Below, piece after piece: positions 12,577 through 25,686 of a stretch of DNA of 64,000 nucleotides; the stretch's first letter is position 1; the number at the start of each line of letters is the position of its first letter. Source of the stretch: Mytilus edulis (Eukaryota); the NCBI RefSeq assembly GCF_963676685.1, contig NC_092349.1, positions 57,474,001 to 57,538,000 on the forward strand, read 5' to 3'. The position numbers and the translations under genes were made by a program. Below the pieces are notes generated by a model that worked only from the letters and a program-made list of their open reading frames with translations, ran no database searches and was not told where the DNA came from.

Positions 12577-14334
12577 TATATAACTATGTGTTCGGTATCT
12601 TTGTTATACTTTTTAGTATAGTATGTTTCATTCAACTATTGGGTATCGCAAATTACTTTATACACTCCTACTACCTTTAGGAAACAAGGTTTACAGTTTA
12701 CACAGACTTCATGCGATAGGTAATCTAAACATTTGTCATTATGACCCCTGCATGAAATTGAAATATGTGAAATGATATAAAACATTGGCCAAGTGTATGC
12801 TAGTTTGGCATTATCGATAAAATTTGAAAACGATCTTAAACAGAAAAAAAAAATGTGAAATTGCAAAAGGTTCATTTATTCATGACAAACTCTTAAAACA
12901 TTTTGTGAGTTACAGTCTTTTAAAAAGCGCAAACATTTTTAAGGCAATCAGCATTTATTTTGTTGGCTGCACTTGGATAAAGGAGACGTTAAAACCTCAT
13001 TTAAAAACCATAAGAAAGAAACTCAACCAATCGTTGATTAAGGGGATAGGAGTCTCATAGACCTTTACGAAAACCAGGTGTCCAGCGCTGAATCTTCCTG
13101 AATTAAAAAAATTGAACAAAGAAAAAAAGAAACTATCAATGATCTGCTGTTTACATAAAATATTAAAAAGAAAAGAAAAGAACAATATCAGATATGATAT
13201 ACATTGTAGGAAAACAAAATATTTTAACTTGTCACACCCAACACTATGTAAAATCAGTGCCACTTATTATCAAGAAATATTAATGATCGGGGCGCAGATA
13301 AGATCCTCATATTCCTGACTTGGAACAGGCATTTTCTGATGAACCTAGGTTTATAGCTAGTCAAACCTCTCACTTGTATCGCAGTTGCATCGAGTTTTAT
13401 TATATTGAATACTGGCAACGATGAGTTAATAAAACCACCAGACATTGTAGGTCAACATGTCAATAATTAAATGCCATGTAGATTGCGCCTTTTCTCAACG
13501 TTGTTTTCTATTTTATTACTATAATGTTGTCGATTATTTAAAGACTGCTGTTTTTGTAAATATTTTTTCCGTACCTGTCTTTTTCGCTCAAATACCCTTT
13601 CTTAGTCAAAATGTTTGTGAATGACGTAATTCGTTCATCTTCTATACAGGTTGACAAAATCAATAGTGCATAAGTCATACAATTGATTTTTAAACCTCTG
13701 GATATAGAAATGTATGATAAAAGCGATTACAGATACTCGATCACGTGTTTAATTTGTGTTTTTATCAGTTTTTTTAAACAGTTGGTCATACCGATAACAT
13801 AACATGATATAAATGACAGTTAGTAGATTAATGTAGTGTAGTGTTGCTTAAGTATCAGGAAGTTTTAATTTTCAGAAAATCGTACGACCGATATACGTAT
13901 ATTTAAAATTTAATACTTATTCACGTTTATGTTACATTTATATGTTTAATCATATGTGAAAGAGAAATACAGCATACAGTAAGTCAATTATATACATTAA
14001 TTAAATAATCAATTTAAAACGATACAAAAAGTTGTATCTTTATAATCCTTATTTGTCAAAAGATACGGAGTTTTCTTAAAAGACACCTCTAAAGCCAGTT
14101 ATTAAAATAAATAAATAACTATGAAAAAATAAGGATCTTGATAATGAGTAAACATTATTATGTAAATGCTAGTACATGTGATATATAATGGTTTTACAAG
14201 ATATACCTAATCTTGTCTTTGTACATTTTAAGACCAGGCAGAAGCTAGCGAACAATAGCTAGCGAACAATAAGCCAGCGAACAATGATGCGATATATCGA
14301 GAAACCAAAAAAAAATTACTAAGACAGCAACGGT

Positions 14335-15868
14335 CGTTTTGGTCTTGTTGACATATTTGTAGATCTTATTTTGTTGAACATTATTGCTGTTTACAGTTTA
14401 TCTCTATCTATAATAATATTCAAGATAATAACCAAAATCTGCAAAATTTCCTTAAAATTACTAATTCGGGGGCAGCAACCCAACAACAGGTTGTCCGATT
14501 TGTCTGAAAATTTCAGGGCAGATAGATCTTGACCTGATAATTAATTTTATCCCATGTCAGATTGCTCTAAATGCTTTGGTTTTTGAGTTATAAGCCAAAA
14601 ACTGCATTTTACCCCTATGTTCTATTTTTAGCCATGGCAGCAATCTTGGTTAGTTGGCGGGGTCACGCCACAAATTTTTTTAACAATATACCCCAATGAT
14701 GATTGTGGCCAAGTTTGGTTTAATTTGGTCCAGTAGTTTCACAGGAGAAGATTTTTGTAAAAGATTACAAAAGTTTACGAAAAATTGGTCAAAATTGACT
14801 ATAAAGGGCAATAACTCCTTAAGGGGTCAACTGACCATTTTAGTCATATTAACTTATTTGTAGATCTTACTATGCTGAACATTATTGCTGATTACATTTT
14901 ATCTCTTTCTATCTATAATAATATTCAAGATAATAACCAAAATCTGAAAAATTTCCTTCAAATTACTGATTTCGGGGCAGCAACCCAACAACCCGTTGTC
15001 CGATTCATTTGAAAGTTTCAGGGCAGATAGATTTTCACTTGATGAACGATTTTACTCCATGTAAGATTTGCTCTAAATGCATTGGTTTCAGAGATATAAG
15101 TCAAAATCTACATTTCACCCCTATGTTCTATTTTTAGCCATGGCAGCCATCTTGGTTGGTTGGCGAGGTCACGCCACACATTTCTAAAACTAGATACCCC
15201 AAAGATGATTGTGGCCAAGTTTGGATTGATTTGGCCCAGTAGTTTCAGAGGAGAAGATTTTTGTAATAGATTACTAAGATTAACGAAAAACGGTTAAAAA
15301 TTGACTATAAAGGGCAATAACTCCTAAAGGGGTCAACTGACCATTTCGGTCTTGTTGACTTATTTGTAAATCTTACTTTTTTGAACATTATTGCTGTTCG
15401 CAGTTAATCTCTATCTGTAATAATATTCAGAATAATAACAAAAAAACAGCAAAATTTCCTTAAAATTACCAATTCAGGGGCAGAAACCCAACAACTGGTT
15501 GTCCGATTTATCTGAAAATTTCAGGGCAGAGAGATCTTGAACTGATAAACAATTCTACTTCATGTCAGATTTGCTCTAAATGCTTTGGTTTTTGAGTTAT
15601 AAGCCAAATTAAAACTGCATTTTACACCTATGTTCTATTTTTAGCCATGGCAGCCATCTTGGTTGGTTGGCGGGGTCACGCCACACATTTTTTAAACTAG
15701 ATACCCAAATGATGATTGTGGCCAAGTTTGGTTAAATTTGGCCCAGTAGTTCAGAGGAGAAGATTTTTGTAAAAGTTAACAACGACGACGGACGACGGAC
15801 GACGACGGACGACGGACGCAAAGTGATGGGAAAAGCTCACTTGGCCCTTCGGGGCAGGTGAGCTAAAA
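14335..15868 (-). mobile_element. HINE/Helentron-like non-autonomous element with three ~505-bp internal repeats
   Basis: tgaacattattgctg recurs at about 14375, 14876 and 15383. A GACG microsatellite and the terminal hairpin agctcac...gtgagct lie at 15835-15864. Reverse-complement family member of 29449-32410. Confidence 0.75.
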
Positions 15869-16553
15869 ACAGGGGGGTCAGCCTATTCTAGGGCTTCTGG
15901 AGAAAAATAATGAGGGGAGTCACGGGGTATGACTAGATAGGTCTTGTAGAAGAAAAACAGGCGCTTCTTTTTCAGCAAAGTATCGAAGGGCGCTATTTTC
16001 AAAAATCTGAAACTAGAGCTCCAAATTTGAAAAAAATGGTAAAAAACAGGGGGTCGGCCTATTCCAGGGCTTCTAGAGAAAAATAATGAGGGGTGTCACG
16101 GGGTATGACTATATAGGTCGTGTAGAGGAGAAACAGGCACTTCTTTTGCGCAAGGTATCGAAGGGCGCTATGTTCAAAAATCTGAATCTAGAGCTCAAAA
16201 TTTAAAAAAAATGGTAAAAAACAGGGAGGTCGGCCTTATCCAGAGCTTGTAGAGAAAAATAATGAGGGGTGTCACGGGGTACGACTATATAGGTCTTGTA
16301 GAGGAGAAACAGATGCTTCTTTTGAGCAAGATATCAAAGGGCGCTATGTTCAAAATCTGAAACTAGGCTCAAAATTTGAAAAAAATGGTAAAAAACAGGG
16401 GGGTCGACCTATTCCATGGCTTCTAGAGAAAAATAATGAGGGGTGTCACGGAGTATGACTATAAAGGTCTTGTAGAGGAGAAACAGGTGCTTCTTTTGCG
16501 CAAGGTATCGAAGGGCGCTAGGTTCAAAAATTTGAAACTAGAGCCCAAAATTT
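15865..16553. repeat. Satellite-like tandem repeat, ~176 bp x4
   Basis: aaaaacagggg...aataatgaggggtgtcacgggg unit starts at about 15865, 16041, 16216 and 16390. Confidence 0.9.
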
Positions 16554-16774
16554 GTTTCATACAGGGAAACATAAAGATTCAGCACCCACATTTTTTAACA
16601 TGTAATTACATCCCCCTACTTAATACTTCATGCATTTAATATCAAGAAATAAATTGGGAAAGTGTATCTAATAAAACATGCAAGTTATACACTGTTTACA
16701 CTAGGGACTATATTCTTAGACAACGAAAACCAAAGGACGATCGATAACTGTGTCCTTGGACCTATTGTCCTACG

Positions 16775-17012
16775 TCATAACTACAATCCCCTTCCCTTTT
16801 CATGAATGTGACCTACCGAATCAGATTATTTACCGGGTTTGTAATAATATGAGCAACACGACGGGTGCCTCATGTGAAGCATGTTTACCCTTCAGGAGCA
16901 CCTGAGATCATCCCCAGTTTTTGGTGGGGTTCGTGTTGCTCAGTCTTTAGTTTTCTATGTTGTTTCTTGTGTACTATTATTTGTCTGTTTGTCCTTCTCA
17001 TATTTAGCCATG
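16775..17012 (+). mobile_element. 3'-end fragment of the Penelope-type element family
   Basis: Matches 40510-40750 (gaatgtgacctaccgaat...ggagcacctgagatca...ggtggggttcgtgttgct). Confidence 0.8.
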
Positions 17013-18589
17013 CCCGTGCAGACTAGACCAAGTTGAGGGAATAGCCTCAATTAGTCTTCCCTTTTGCACAAACAGTTATTTTCTTGCTTCATTTACCCCA
17101 TCTAATAAGTTTGTAGGATCTTACAGTAAAACCACGGTGATTTAGGCTGATCAAGGTATCAGGTCCGTTCGCGCCCAATACACTTTCGCACCCTACACGT
17201 TCGCACCTCGAACATTCGCAACCAAAGTCCGTTCGCACCCAAAAGATAATTGTTTTTACTCTGACAGCTTGAAAAAAAAACGTTGTCAGAATCTCACTTT
17301 ATTTTGAAACAATGATATAAAATTATAGCAATACACTAACCAAAACGTGATTAAGAGTAATTCAACACAACAAAAAAAAAAACGTTTACAGAATCTCACT
17401 TTATTTAGAAACTGATTATTTTTTTTTAGTTTAATAAATCGAATTTAATATGCAATGTGTCGGGTTCTTTCGGGAATGATCCCAGGTAAACCCTCATCAG
17501 AGGTCGACCTTTATATATTTATTACGTATATCGTATTATAGATAGATGTGTGTCTGTTTTATAACAGTTTTTTTTTTCAAATTTACTACACGTGCATATA
17601 GGTCTACGTTGTAGCTAGTCTTTTTTCAGACTAAAGAAACTGACCATTGAAGTAGATAAGCACCTTTGGTTAATTATTCATATATATATAATGAGCAGAC
17701 TTATTGTGTTTATTCACGTAATCTAATTTATCATAAATCTACACGAGATCTAATAGAGATAGTAGTTATCAGTGCTATACTGTGGAATTCACATTAGACT
17801 GTCGTGTATGTTTTAACACTCATTTGATAATATACAAATGTTTCCATGTTTAACAATTAAAGAGGTTTGTGTAGATACCATGTCGGGTCTATACATGAAT
17901 AAAGCAGGAACCATTCGGTTTTCCCTTGTACGTGATCTCTTGAAATAAAACGGCATCACGTCTTTTTCAATCTGTTTCACAGTATAATGATTGTATACTA
18001 AATCCTCCCAAGGTGGGGTATTGTGAATCAATGTCTTCGGCTTAATTATTTAATTATCATGTTGCCAATATTCTTATTGCTTTTTTAACCACTATCTGGT
18101 TTGGATTTAGATAGTTTTTTTTATTGATTTTTTTGGCAATCGGACCTTTTCGAATTATATACCAAAATTTTGTTAATACCGTGTTAAGATATTCAAAAAT
18201 ATGTCAGTCATTTGTTTTCTAATCTTTGATTTCTTTGGAAGTTGCTATATGCATCTATGCTAACTTAGTCTAACTGTTTCGTTAGGGTGAAATGTGCAAG
18301 ACATGTATACTTTAGATCGTATTTATATAAATTTCTCATTAGTACATGTTGCTATTGTTTTTAGGAATTATCGTACCTTCAGAAGGAATGAAAACAATGT
18401 ACTATTTCAAATAGTTGTTCACTTTGTTCACCTTCTTCATTAAATTTATTAAATCCATCAATTCTCATTCTTTAGTGGAATTTAATATTATTTTTATAGC
18501 GTATTTCTCTGTTTTGTGTCTATAATTATGGTCAAATATAGCAATATCAGATATTTCTGAGAGGCAACTCTGCCCATTGAAACGCCAAC

Positions 18590-19070
18590 GATCCGTTGCT
18601 AGTATAATAGCTTTCGTTGTTCATTGACAATCATATTTATTTTTTATTTGTTTCTATGTAACCTTAAACGGCTTGACATACTAATTATTATTGATATTAG
18701 CTGCTTGACGTCCTGTTGCCAATATTTCATGTATGATTAGGACTATGATATAGTCATGACAAGGTTGTTTGCTAGTATAATAGTATAACTTCCATGCATA
18801 GTTCATTGACAATCATATTTGTTTTAGTCAGTTTCAATGATACCTTCTATGGTTTGACATGATACAACGATAAATAATTAATTGTTGACTGCTTAACATC
18901 CTGTGGCAAATATTTCATGTATGTTTAGGACTATATAAGATATAGTATAATGACATAAGGTTGTTTGCAAGTATAATAGTATAACTTCCATAGTTCATTG
19001 ACAATCATATTTGTTTTAGTCAGTTTCCATGCTACCTTGTAAGTTTTGACATGATACAGCGATGAATTCC
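18590..19070. repeat. Degenerate ~180-bp tandem repeat, about 2.5 copies
   Basis: ttgc(t/a)agtataatag...ttcattgacaatcatattt recurs at about 18596, 18769 and 18966. Confidence 0.75.
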
Positions 19071-20409
19071 TTTGATCAAAGTCTAGTCCATTATATAATT
19101 TTGAATCAGAACTTGACTTTTTTTAATAATATATATATATATATTGGAATATATTTGTACATAGTAAAACAATAGTAATATTAATTGACATATATTGTTA
19201 TAGGAAAAGTATAATACAAATTATTATTTGTTAACAATCTGATAAAATTTATCTGTTCATGTGTACACCTGGATCTTGTATTACAAAATATTACAATACA
19301 AAATATTGTAGTCAATCTTATCGTGTATCGACCTTTTAACAAACGAATGTGCGGTAATAGATTAAGTAACAACAATAAAGCTAATAATAGTATCTATGAA
19401 CCAGACTGTAATCTCTTCAAGCATGTTGACACAATGGACCATTAATATCATGACACTGAGTGTCATCACCTGTTGTGTCATTATTGCAGATAATTCTAAC
19501 TGGAACAGGAACATCATATGCATCGTATGGTTGTTATAATATAAGTCAAACTATACATGCAGGTTTCTTGTCCCTTTCTCTTAAAAAAAACCCTGATATT
19601 TATGAATAACACATTTTGTTTTTAAATAGCGCAAAGCTCCAATTCTATTCATTTCGAATATACAACTAAACATCACAGATATGTTTACATTTTATAAACG
19701 AAATTTGTGCTTAATATTTTATCACATTTTCTTTCGTGTTCATTTTTAATTTCAAAATCAAGAATTGTTTTAAAATATGCTATGCAATTTTTTTTAAATA
19801 AACGTATAAGAAAACTTGAGTTATAAAGAATATGCCATAATAAACGAGAAGAAATATTTTGTGTCAAAAAAATATTTTTCTGCAACATTTAAAAAATATC
19901 TTGATGCAAATCGAAGTCTGACTAATGTGTAGGGATAAAAAAAAAAAAAAAGGCTTGAAAATACTTGTTTAAACTGATCAAGCGGAAATTGAAGTATCGA
20001 CATGGATTTGGTTGTGTCACTCTTATGTTTGATATTTCATTTTGACCAAAAAAACTATGCTGCTTATAAAGTTAGAATCTTCTTTTTAATGATCTTGACT
20101 TTACTATGAGACCTGCATCAAATAATATACGGATACAGTATGCAATCACTTTTTGTTGCGATTTTGTTTCATCTATCTCATTTAACATTTCTGTGAAAAT
20201 ATTTGTTGGAGCGAGAATTTTTTTCTAAATATAAACCTGATAAATATATAAAGCTCTGACATACTTTGTCATTTCTTTAATATATATATTTGTTGATTTG
20301 TATATATTTTTATTTTATATACAATGAAATGATATAGATATTATATATTATTCAGCACTGAATTGAGTACAACATTTTCTTTTTTTTAGGATAACAAATA
20401 TAACCTACA

Positions 20410-21357
20410 ATGGCAACTAAACGCACATTAGACACAAAGAGCACAGAAGAACAAACCACCGGTGAATCAAAAACCAAAAAGGTGAAAATTTCTTTAGACA
20501 GCTCAACAGGGTCATTGACAAAAGAAAACGTCGATAAAAGCGACCAATCTTCCAAGAAAGTAGCTAAACAGAACGAAATACCTTGTAAGAACAAAGAAGA
20601 AAAAGATGACAGAATGGATGACCATACTATGACTGCCATTACCATCAAAATTGGTATGAACGAAACCAGCACTTACAAATATGTTGACACGAAGGATAAG
20701 TTTATTGAAGTCATTAAAGAGCTCCAGGAAATGATAAAAAATAAGCAAATGATAGCTGTTGATTGCGAAGGGGTAGACTTGTCAAGATTTGGATCAGTAA
20801 CACTGATTAACATTGGCACTCGGGATCTGGTCTATCTAATCGATATTTTGAAAATAGGGAATAGTGTATTTGATGATGGTCTCCGTACTATACTCGAGGA
20901 CAGTGGGATAGAAAAACTGATGTTCGACTGCCGAGAAGATGCCGATGCTTTATTACATCTTCACAAAGTTAAACTCGATGGAGTACTGGACGTTCAAATA
21001 CTAGAAGTAAGCAATCGAGTACATGTTTACAGAAATGGATATACTAAGATCAGAAGCCTTAAACATTGCCTAGAGGAATACGTAAATGACAATACATTAT
21101 TGAATATCAAGTTACAAGGACGGTCAAGTATGAATATGTCGAGTAATATTTGGGAGAAAAGGCCACTGGACGAAAACATGTTGAAATATGCTAGTGTTGA
21201 TATTCTTGGTCTCTTCAAACTCTATAATGCACTTCGTACTAGAATGAGTCATAGTGTCTGGAAAGCAGCCTCAAGTCGATATTGTGACACAACTCGCTCA
21301 AGAAACAGAATGTACCGTGATGGCAGTGGAATCTTACCAAAAGGCGTAATAATATAA
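20410..21357 (+). CDS. DEDDy 3'-5' exonuclease, EXD1/Egalitarian-like; CDS in a single exon (315 aa)
   Basis: ExoI IAVDCEG, ExoII MFDCREDADAL, ExoIII YASVD. Polypyrimidine acceptor ttttcttttttttag ends at 20389, just before acaATGG. Lys-rich N-terminus. Confidence 0.85.
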   Translation: MATKRTLDTKSTEEQTTGESKTKKVKISLDSSTGSLTKENVDKSDQSSKKVAKQNEIPCKNKEEKDDRMDDHTMTAITIKIGMNETSTYKYVDTKDKFIEVIKELQEMIKNKQMIAVDCEGVDLSRFGSVTLINIGTRDLVYLIDILKIGNSVFDDGLRTILEDSGIEKLMFDCREDADALLHLHKVKLDGVLDVQILEVSNRVHVYRNGYTKIRSLKHCLEEYVNDNTLLNIKLQGRSSMNMSSNIWEKRPLDENMLKYASVDILGLFKLYNALRTRMSHSVWKAASSRYCDTTRSRNRMYRDGSGILPKGVII

Positions 21358-22699
21358 TGACATGTACTTAGGTCATTATTCATCATTGTGATTATTTTAC
21401 CAAATATCACTATTAACTATTGCGATACTAATCCTTGATGTCAAGTTCAAGAATCATGATGCAAATGCTACATAAGACATACGCCAACAAAACTAATACT
21501 GTAACAACTATATTCACCTTCTCACTTTGATTGTTAAAATTCACCATTTACTTTAAGCTTGATCTAATTTCATTGAATAGTTGATATAGAAACTATCAAA
21601 TCGCGTATGAACATTAATTGTATGAGCTTTTCCAGTTCAAAAATAGGTGGAGCGTACTAATGGGCCAACCAAAATTTATAAGTCAAAGGTTTATTAAGAA
21701 GCATCTGTTAAGGCTAACTTATTCGGTTTCTTTCTATGATTGAGTTGAAATGTATCATTTAAAGAATATGTTGTCATTTTGAAGTCAAATGTTGAAAAGT
21801 AAATTCACTGTTGAAAACATGCCACCAATATCTCACAATAATGTGCATGAGATTGCGTTAATTGCAGAATTGACTCTAGTATCAACGATATTTGTAATCT
21901 TATCACATATATATTACATGTATTTTTCAAAGTTGTACAAAATCGAACATGTAAAATGTTGTTTGTTTATAGTTTACACGTGTTTGGTTAATTATAGTAA
22001 GGTCGGTTCGATTGGGATATTGAGTTCATGCACGAGTGAACTCAGGTGGTTTAAAGTCTTTCGAGTCATTGCAGTCAAAGTGTACATTGCATTTTATTAG
22101 TTTCTCTCCAACTTGCACCTTTCGTAATATGGCAAGTTCTGAACTGGAAGAATGTCACCTCTATGACGTTATGATACTGACATAACAGACAGAGAGAGAC
22201 ATGTTAACCAAAGTTGCAGACATAACCTTTGAACAAATTCTTAAGCGGAACAAGTTTATTACGATTGTTGAAAAGTCACTGGTCAGCAGGATGGGATACA
22301 GTCAAACTTAAGAATACCTGTCAGACGAGCTAATCCAGAGAAAGGATTTGTAAAGGGGATCATTTTTGACCTACATGTAGTTAAACACACGTTTGGGAAT
22401 AAATAATTCAGTGCTTCTTTCATGGTATCCAGTTGAGTACACATAAGATTTTTAATGAGTACTAACTAGTAAAAAAGTTAAAAAAGAATAGATGGATATC
22501 TGACATGTGCAGCAGATAAAATATATAGTTAACATGAGCTTTACCTAAAATGTAATACAGTACCCAAGAGTTTTAATTTGATTATGGTTGTCTAATTTAC
22601 CACTGGGAATGATACTAGTAGATTTCTTTTAGGTTTAGTACTTTTTGAGTAACTATTTTTCTTAATCGCTGGGCTGATTGATTGTTAAATCTACTGATA

Positions 22700-25310
22700 A
22701 TTATATTAAGGCACTGGGGTATTAATCGTTTAATCAACTGAACCCATTTTTATTGAAGCCGCTGGACTAGTTGTTAGTGAAGCCAGTCACTGGGCACGTC
22801 GTAATATAATCAACTTGGCTGACAGTTATTTAAACCGCTGGACATGTTGTTCTTGAGACGCCACTGGGCGTGTTTTTATTGACACCTCTTGGCGTGTTAT
22901 TGACGCCACTGAGCGTGTTGTTATTGACGCCACTGGGCTTGTTGTTAATGACGCCACTGGGCGTGTTATTATTGACGCCTCTTGGCGTGTTACTTGACAC
23001 CACTGGGCGTGTTGTTATTGACGCCCCTGGGCAAGTTATTATTAAAGCCACTGGGTGTGTTGTTATTGACACCACTGGGCGAGTTGTTATTGACGCCACT
23101 GGGCGTGTTGTTTTTGACGCCACGGGGTGTGATGTTATTGACGCCACTGGACAGGTTGTTATTGACACCACATGGCAGGTAATTATTGATGCAACTGGGC
23201 GTGTGGTTATTAAAGCCACTGGGCAGGTTGACATTGAAGCCACTGGTCAGGTTGACATTGAAGCCACTGGGCAAGATGCTGTTAAAGCCACTGGGCATGT
23301 TGTTATTGACGCCTCTTGGCGTGTTATTGACGCCACTGGGCGTGTTGTTATTGACGCCACTGGTCGTGTATTTATTGACGCCTCTTGGCGTGTTATTGGC
23401 GCCACTAGGCGTGTTTTTATTGACACCTCTTGGTGTGTTATTGACGCCACTGGGCGTATTGTTTTTGACGCCACCGGGCGTGTTTTTATTGACGCCACTG
23501 GGCGTGTTGTTATTGACGCCACTGGGCAGGTTGTTATTGACGTCAATGGGCGTGTTGTTATTATAACCACTGGGCAGATTGACATCCAAGCCACTTGGCA
23601 AGATGCTGTTGAAGCCACTGGGCATGTTGTAATTCAATTCATGGGCTAGAAGTTATCTAAGCCATTAGACAGGTTGTTATTAATGCACGTTGTATGTTGT
23701 TATAGACGCCACTGGGCAAATTGGTATTGAAGCCACTGGGCAGGTTGTTTGTTAAACCACTTGGCAAGTTGTTGTTGAAGACACTTGGCTGGTTATTGTT
23801 GAACCCACTGGACTGGTTGTTATTGATGCCGATGGACAGGTTGTTGTTGACGCAGCTGGGCGTGTTGTTATTGAAGACAATTAGACAAGTTGTTATAAAA
23901 ACCACAAGCCTGATTTTTAATTAAGCCACTGGGCATGTTGTTATTGACTCCACTGGGCATGTTTTTATTGACACAACTGGCAAAATTATTGTTAAAGCCG
24001 AGGGAAATGATGCGGTTGAAGTCACAGGGCATGTCGTAATTAGAGCCATGTGCTAATATTATTTAAACCACTCGGCAATTATTATTGACGCCACTGGGTA
24101 GGTTGTTATAGACGCCACTGGGCGGATTTGTATTGAAGCCGCTGGAAAGGTTGTTTGTAAAGCCAGTGGGCAGTCTATTGGTGAAGACACCTGGCTTGTT
24201 CTTATTGACACCCATGGACAGGTCGTTGTGAAGCCATCGGGCGTGTTGTTATTGAAGAAACTGGGCAATTTGTAATTAAAGCCAATGGACTGATAGTTAA
24301 TTAAGCCACTGGACATGTTATTATGACGCAACCGGACATATTATTAGTAATACATATGTGCATGATATTACTGAAGCCACTGGGCATTTAGTTATAAAAG
24401 ATATAAGTTGGTAGTTATATTAAGCCACTGGGCAGGTTGGTAATGATGCCACTGGGCAGGTTGTTTGTAAAGCCAATGGGCCGGTAGTTTTTGAAGACAC
24501 TGAGCAGTTTCTTATTGACATCAGGGGGCAGCAAGTTGTTAAAGACACTTGACTGGTTGTTTTTGAAGCCACTCAGCGTTCAGTAATTGAAGCTACTAGG
24601 CTGATAGTTACAGTTATTTAAGCCACTCGGCATGTTGTTATTGACGCCATTGGCCAGGTTGTTATTGAAAATACTGGACTTGTAGTTGTTGAAGACTCTT
24701 GGGCAGTTGTTGTTGAAGACACTTGGCTTGGTGTTGAGGACATTGGGTTGGTAGATGTTGAAGACACTGGGCCTGGTGTTGAGGACATTGGGTTGATAGA
24801 TGTTGAAGACACTTGCAGTGAGTTGGCTGGTTGTTGTTGAAGCCACTGGGCAGGTTGTTATTACAAACACTTGGCTGGTAGTTATTCAAGACACTGGGCA
24901 TGTTGATGTTGAAAACACTGGGTAGGTTGTTATTACAAACACTTGGTTGGTAGTTATTCAAGACACTGGGCATGTTGATGTTGAAATTACAAGGTAGGTT
25001 GTTGTTGAAGACACTTGGCAGGTTTGTTGTTGAAACTTGGCTGGTTGTTTTTGAAGACACTGGATCAGTTTTTGTATACGCCACTGGAGATGTTGTTAAA
25101 GACACTGAGGTGGTTGTCGTTGAACACACTGGGCAAGTTTTAATTAAAGGCACTTGACTGGTTGTTGTTGAAGACGCTGGGTATGTTGTTATTGAAGACA
25201 CTGGGCTGGTTGTTGTTTAAAAAACACTGGACAGGTTGTTATTACAGACACTGAGTTGGTTGTTGTTGCAGACACTGGGCAGGTGGCTGTTGATGAAGCA
25301 ACTAGGCTAT
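22700..25310. repeat. Degenerate 24-bp (variant 21-bp) minisatellite, consensus gacgccactgggcgtgttgttatt
   Basis: The unit is directly visible and explains the overlapping repetitive ORFs on both strands. It is most homogeneous at 22850-23630. Confidence 0.9.
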
Positions 25311-25550
25311 TTATAATTTAGGTAACTGAGCATATTAAATATTTAAGTCACTAGGGCGAATGTTTAGACCATTCTGATTGTTTTTGACGCTATTAGGCTG
25401 ATATTAAACATGTATATTGGTATATTATTTAACAAAATAAATGTCTTTAAATACTTTATATTAAAGATGCTGACACACACCTTGATTAATATCTAGTTAG
25501 AATAACATTCACCAAGTAGTCAAATGTTCATAAGTTTCGAAATGATTGGT

Positions 25551-25686
25551 CTCTCGTATACAAGAGCCAGTGCTAACACCTGTACTTCTGATAAGATTTT
25601 TCTGATTAAAATCGGACAGAGGAAAGGATGATTACGTTAGATAAGACTTTCCAGCACAGTTATCTGTTCATCGAAATTAAGAAATT
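25551..25686 (+). pseudogene. Tyrosine recombinase C-terminal remnant
   Basis: Manual translation gives LSYTRA-SANTCTSDKIF, then after a frame change KSDRGKDDYVR*DFPAQLSVHRN*EI. This resembles, from memory of the family, DIRS-group YR ends (LSYTRARE...AANAGVSDRLF...WKSDxAKDGYVxD...LSVSxNLGI). Confidence 0.7.

Noticed and set aside
21789-22100. Duplicated small ORF (also 25826-26017)
   Set aside because: Corresponds to repeat A of the YR element; no evidence of coding.
22830-25201. Overlapping repetitive ORFs as genes, or the array as CRISPR
   Set aside because: Explained by 24/21-bp periodicity. There are no unique spacers, no cas genes, and the context is eukaryotic.
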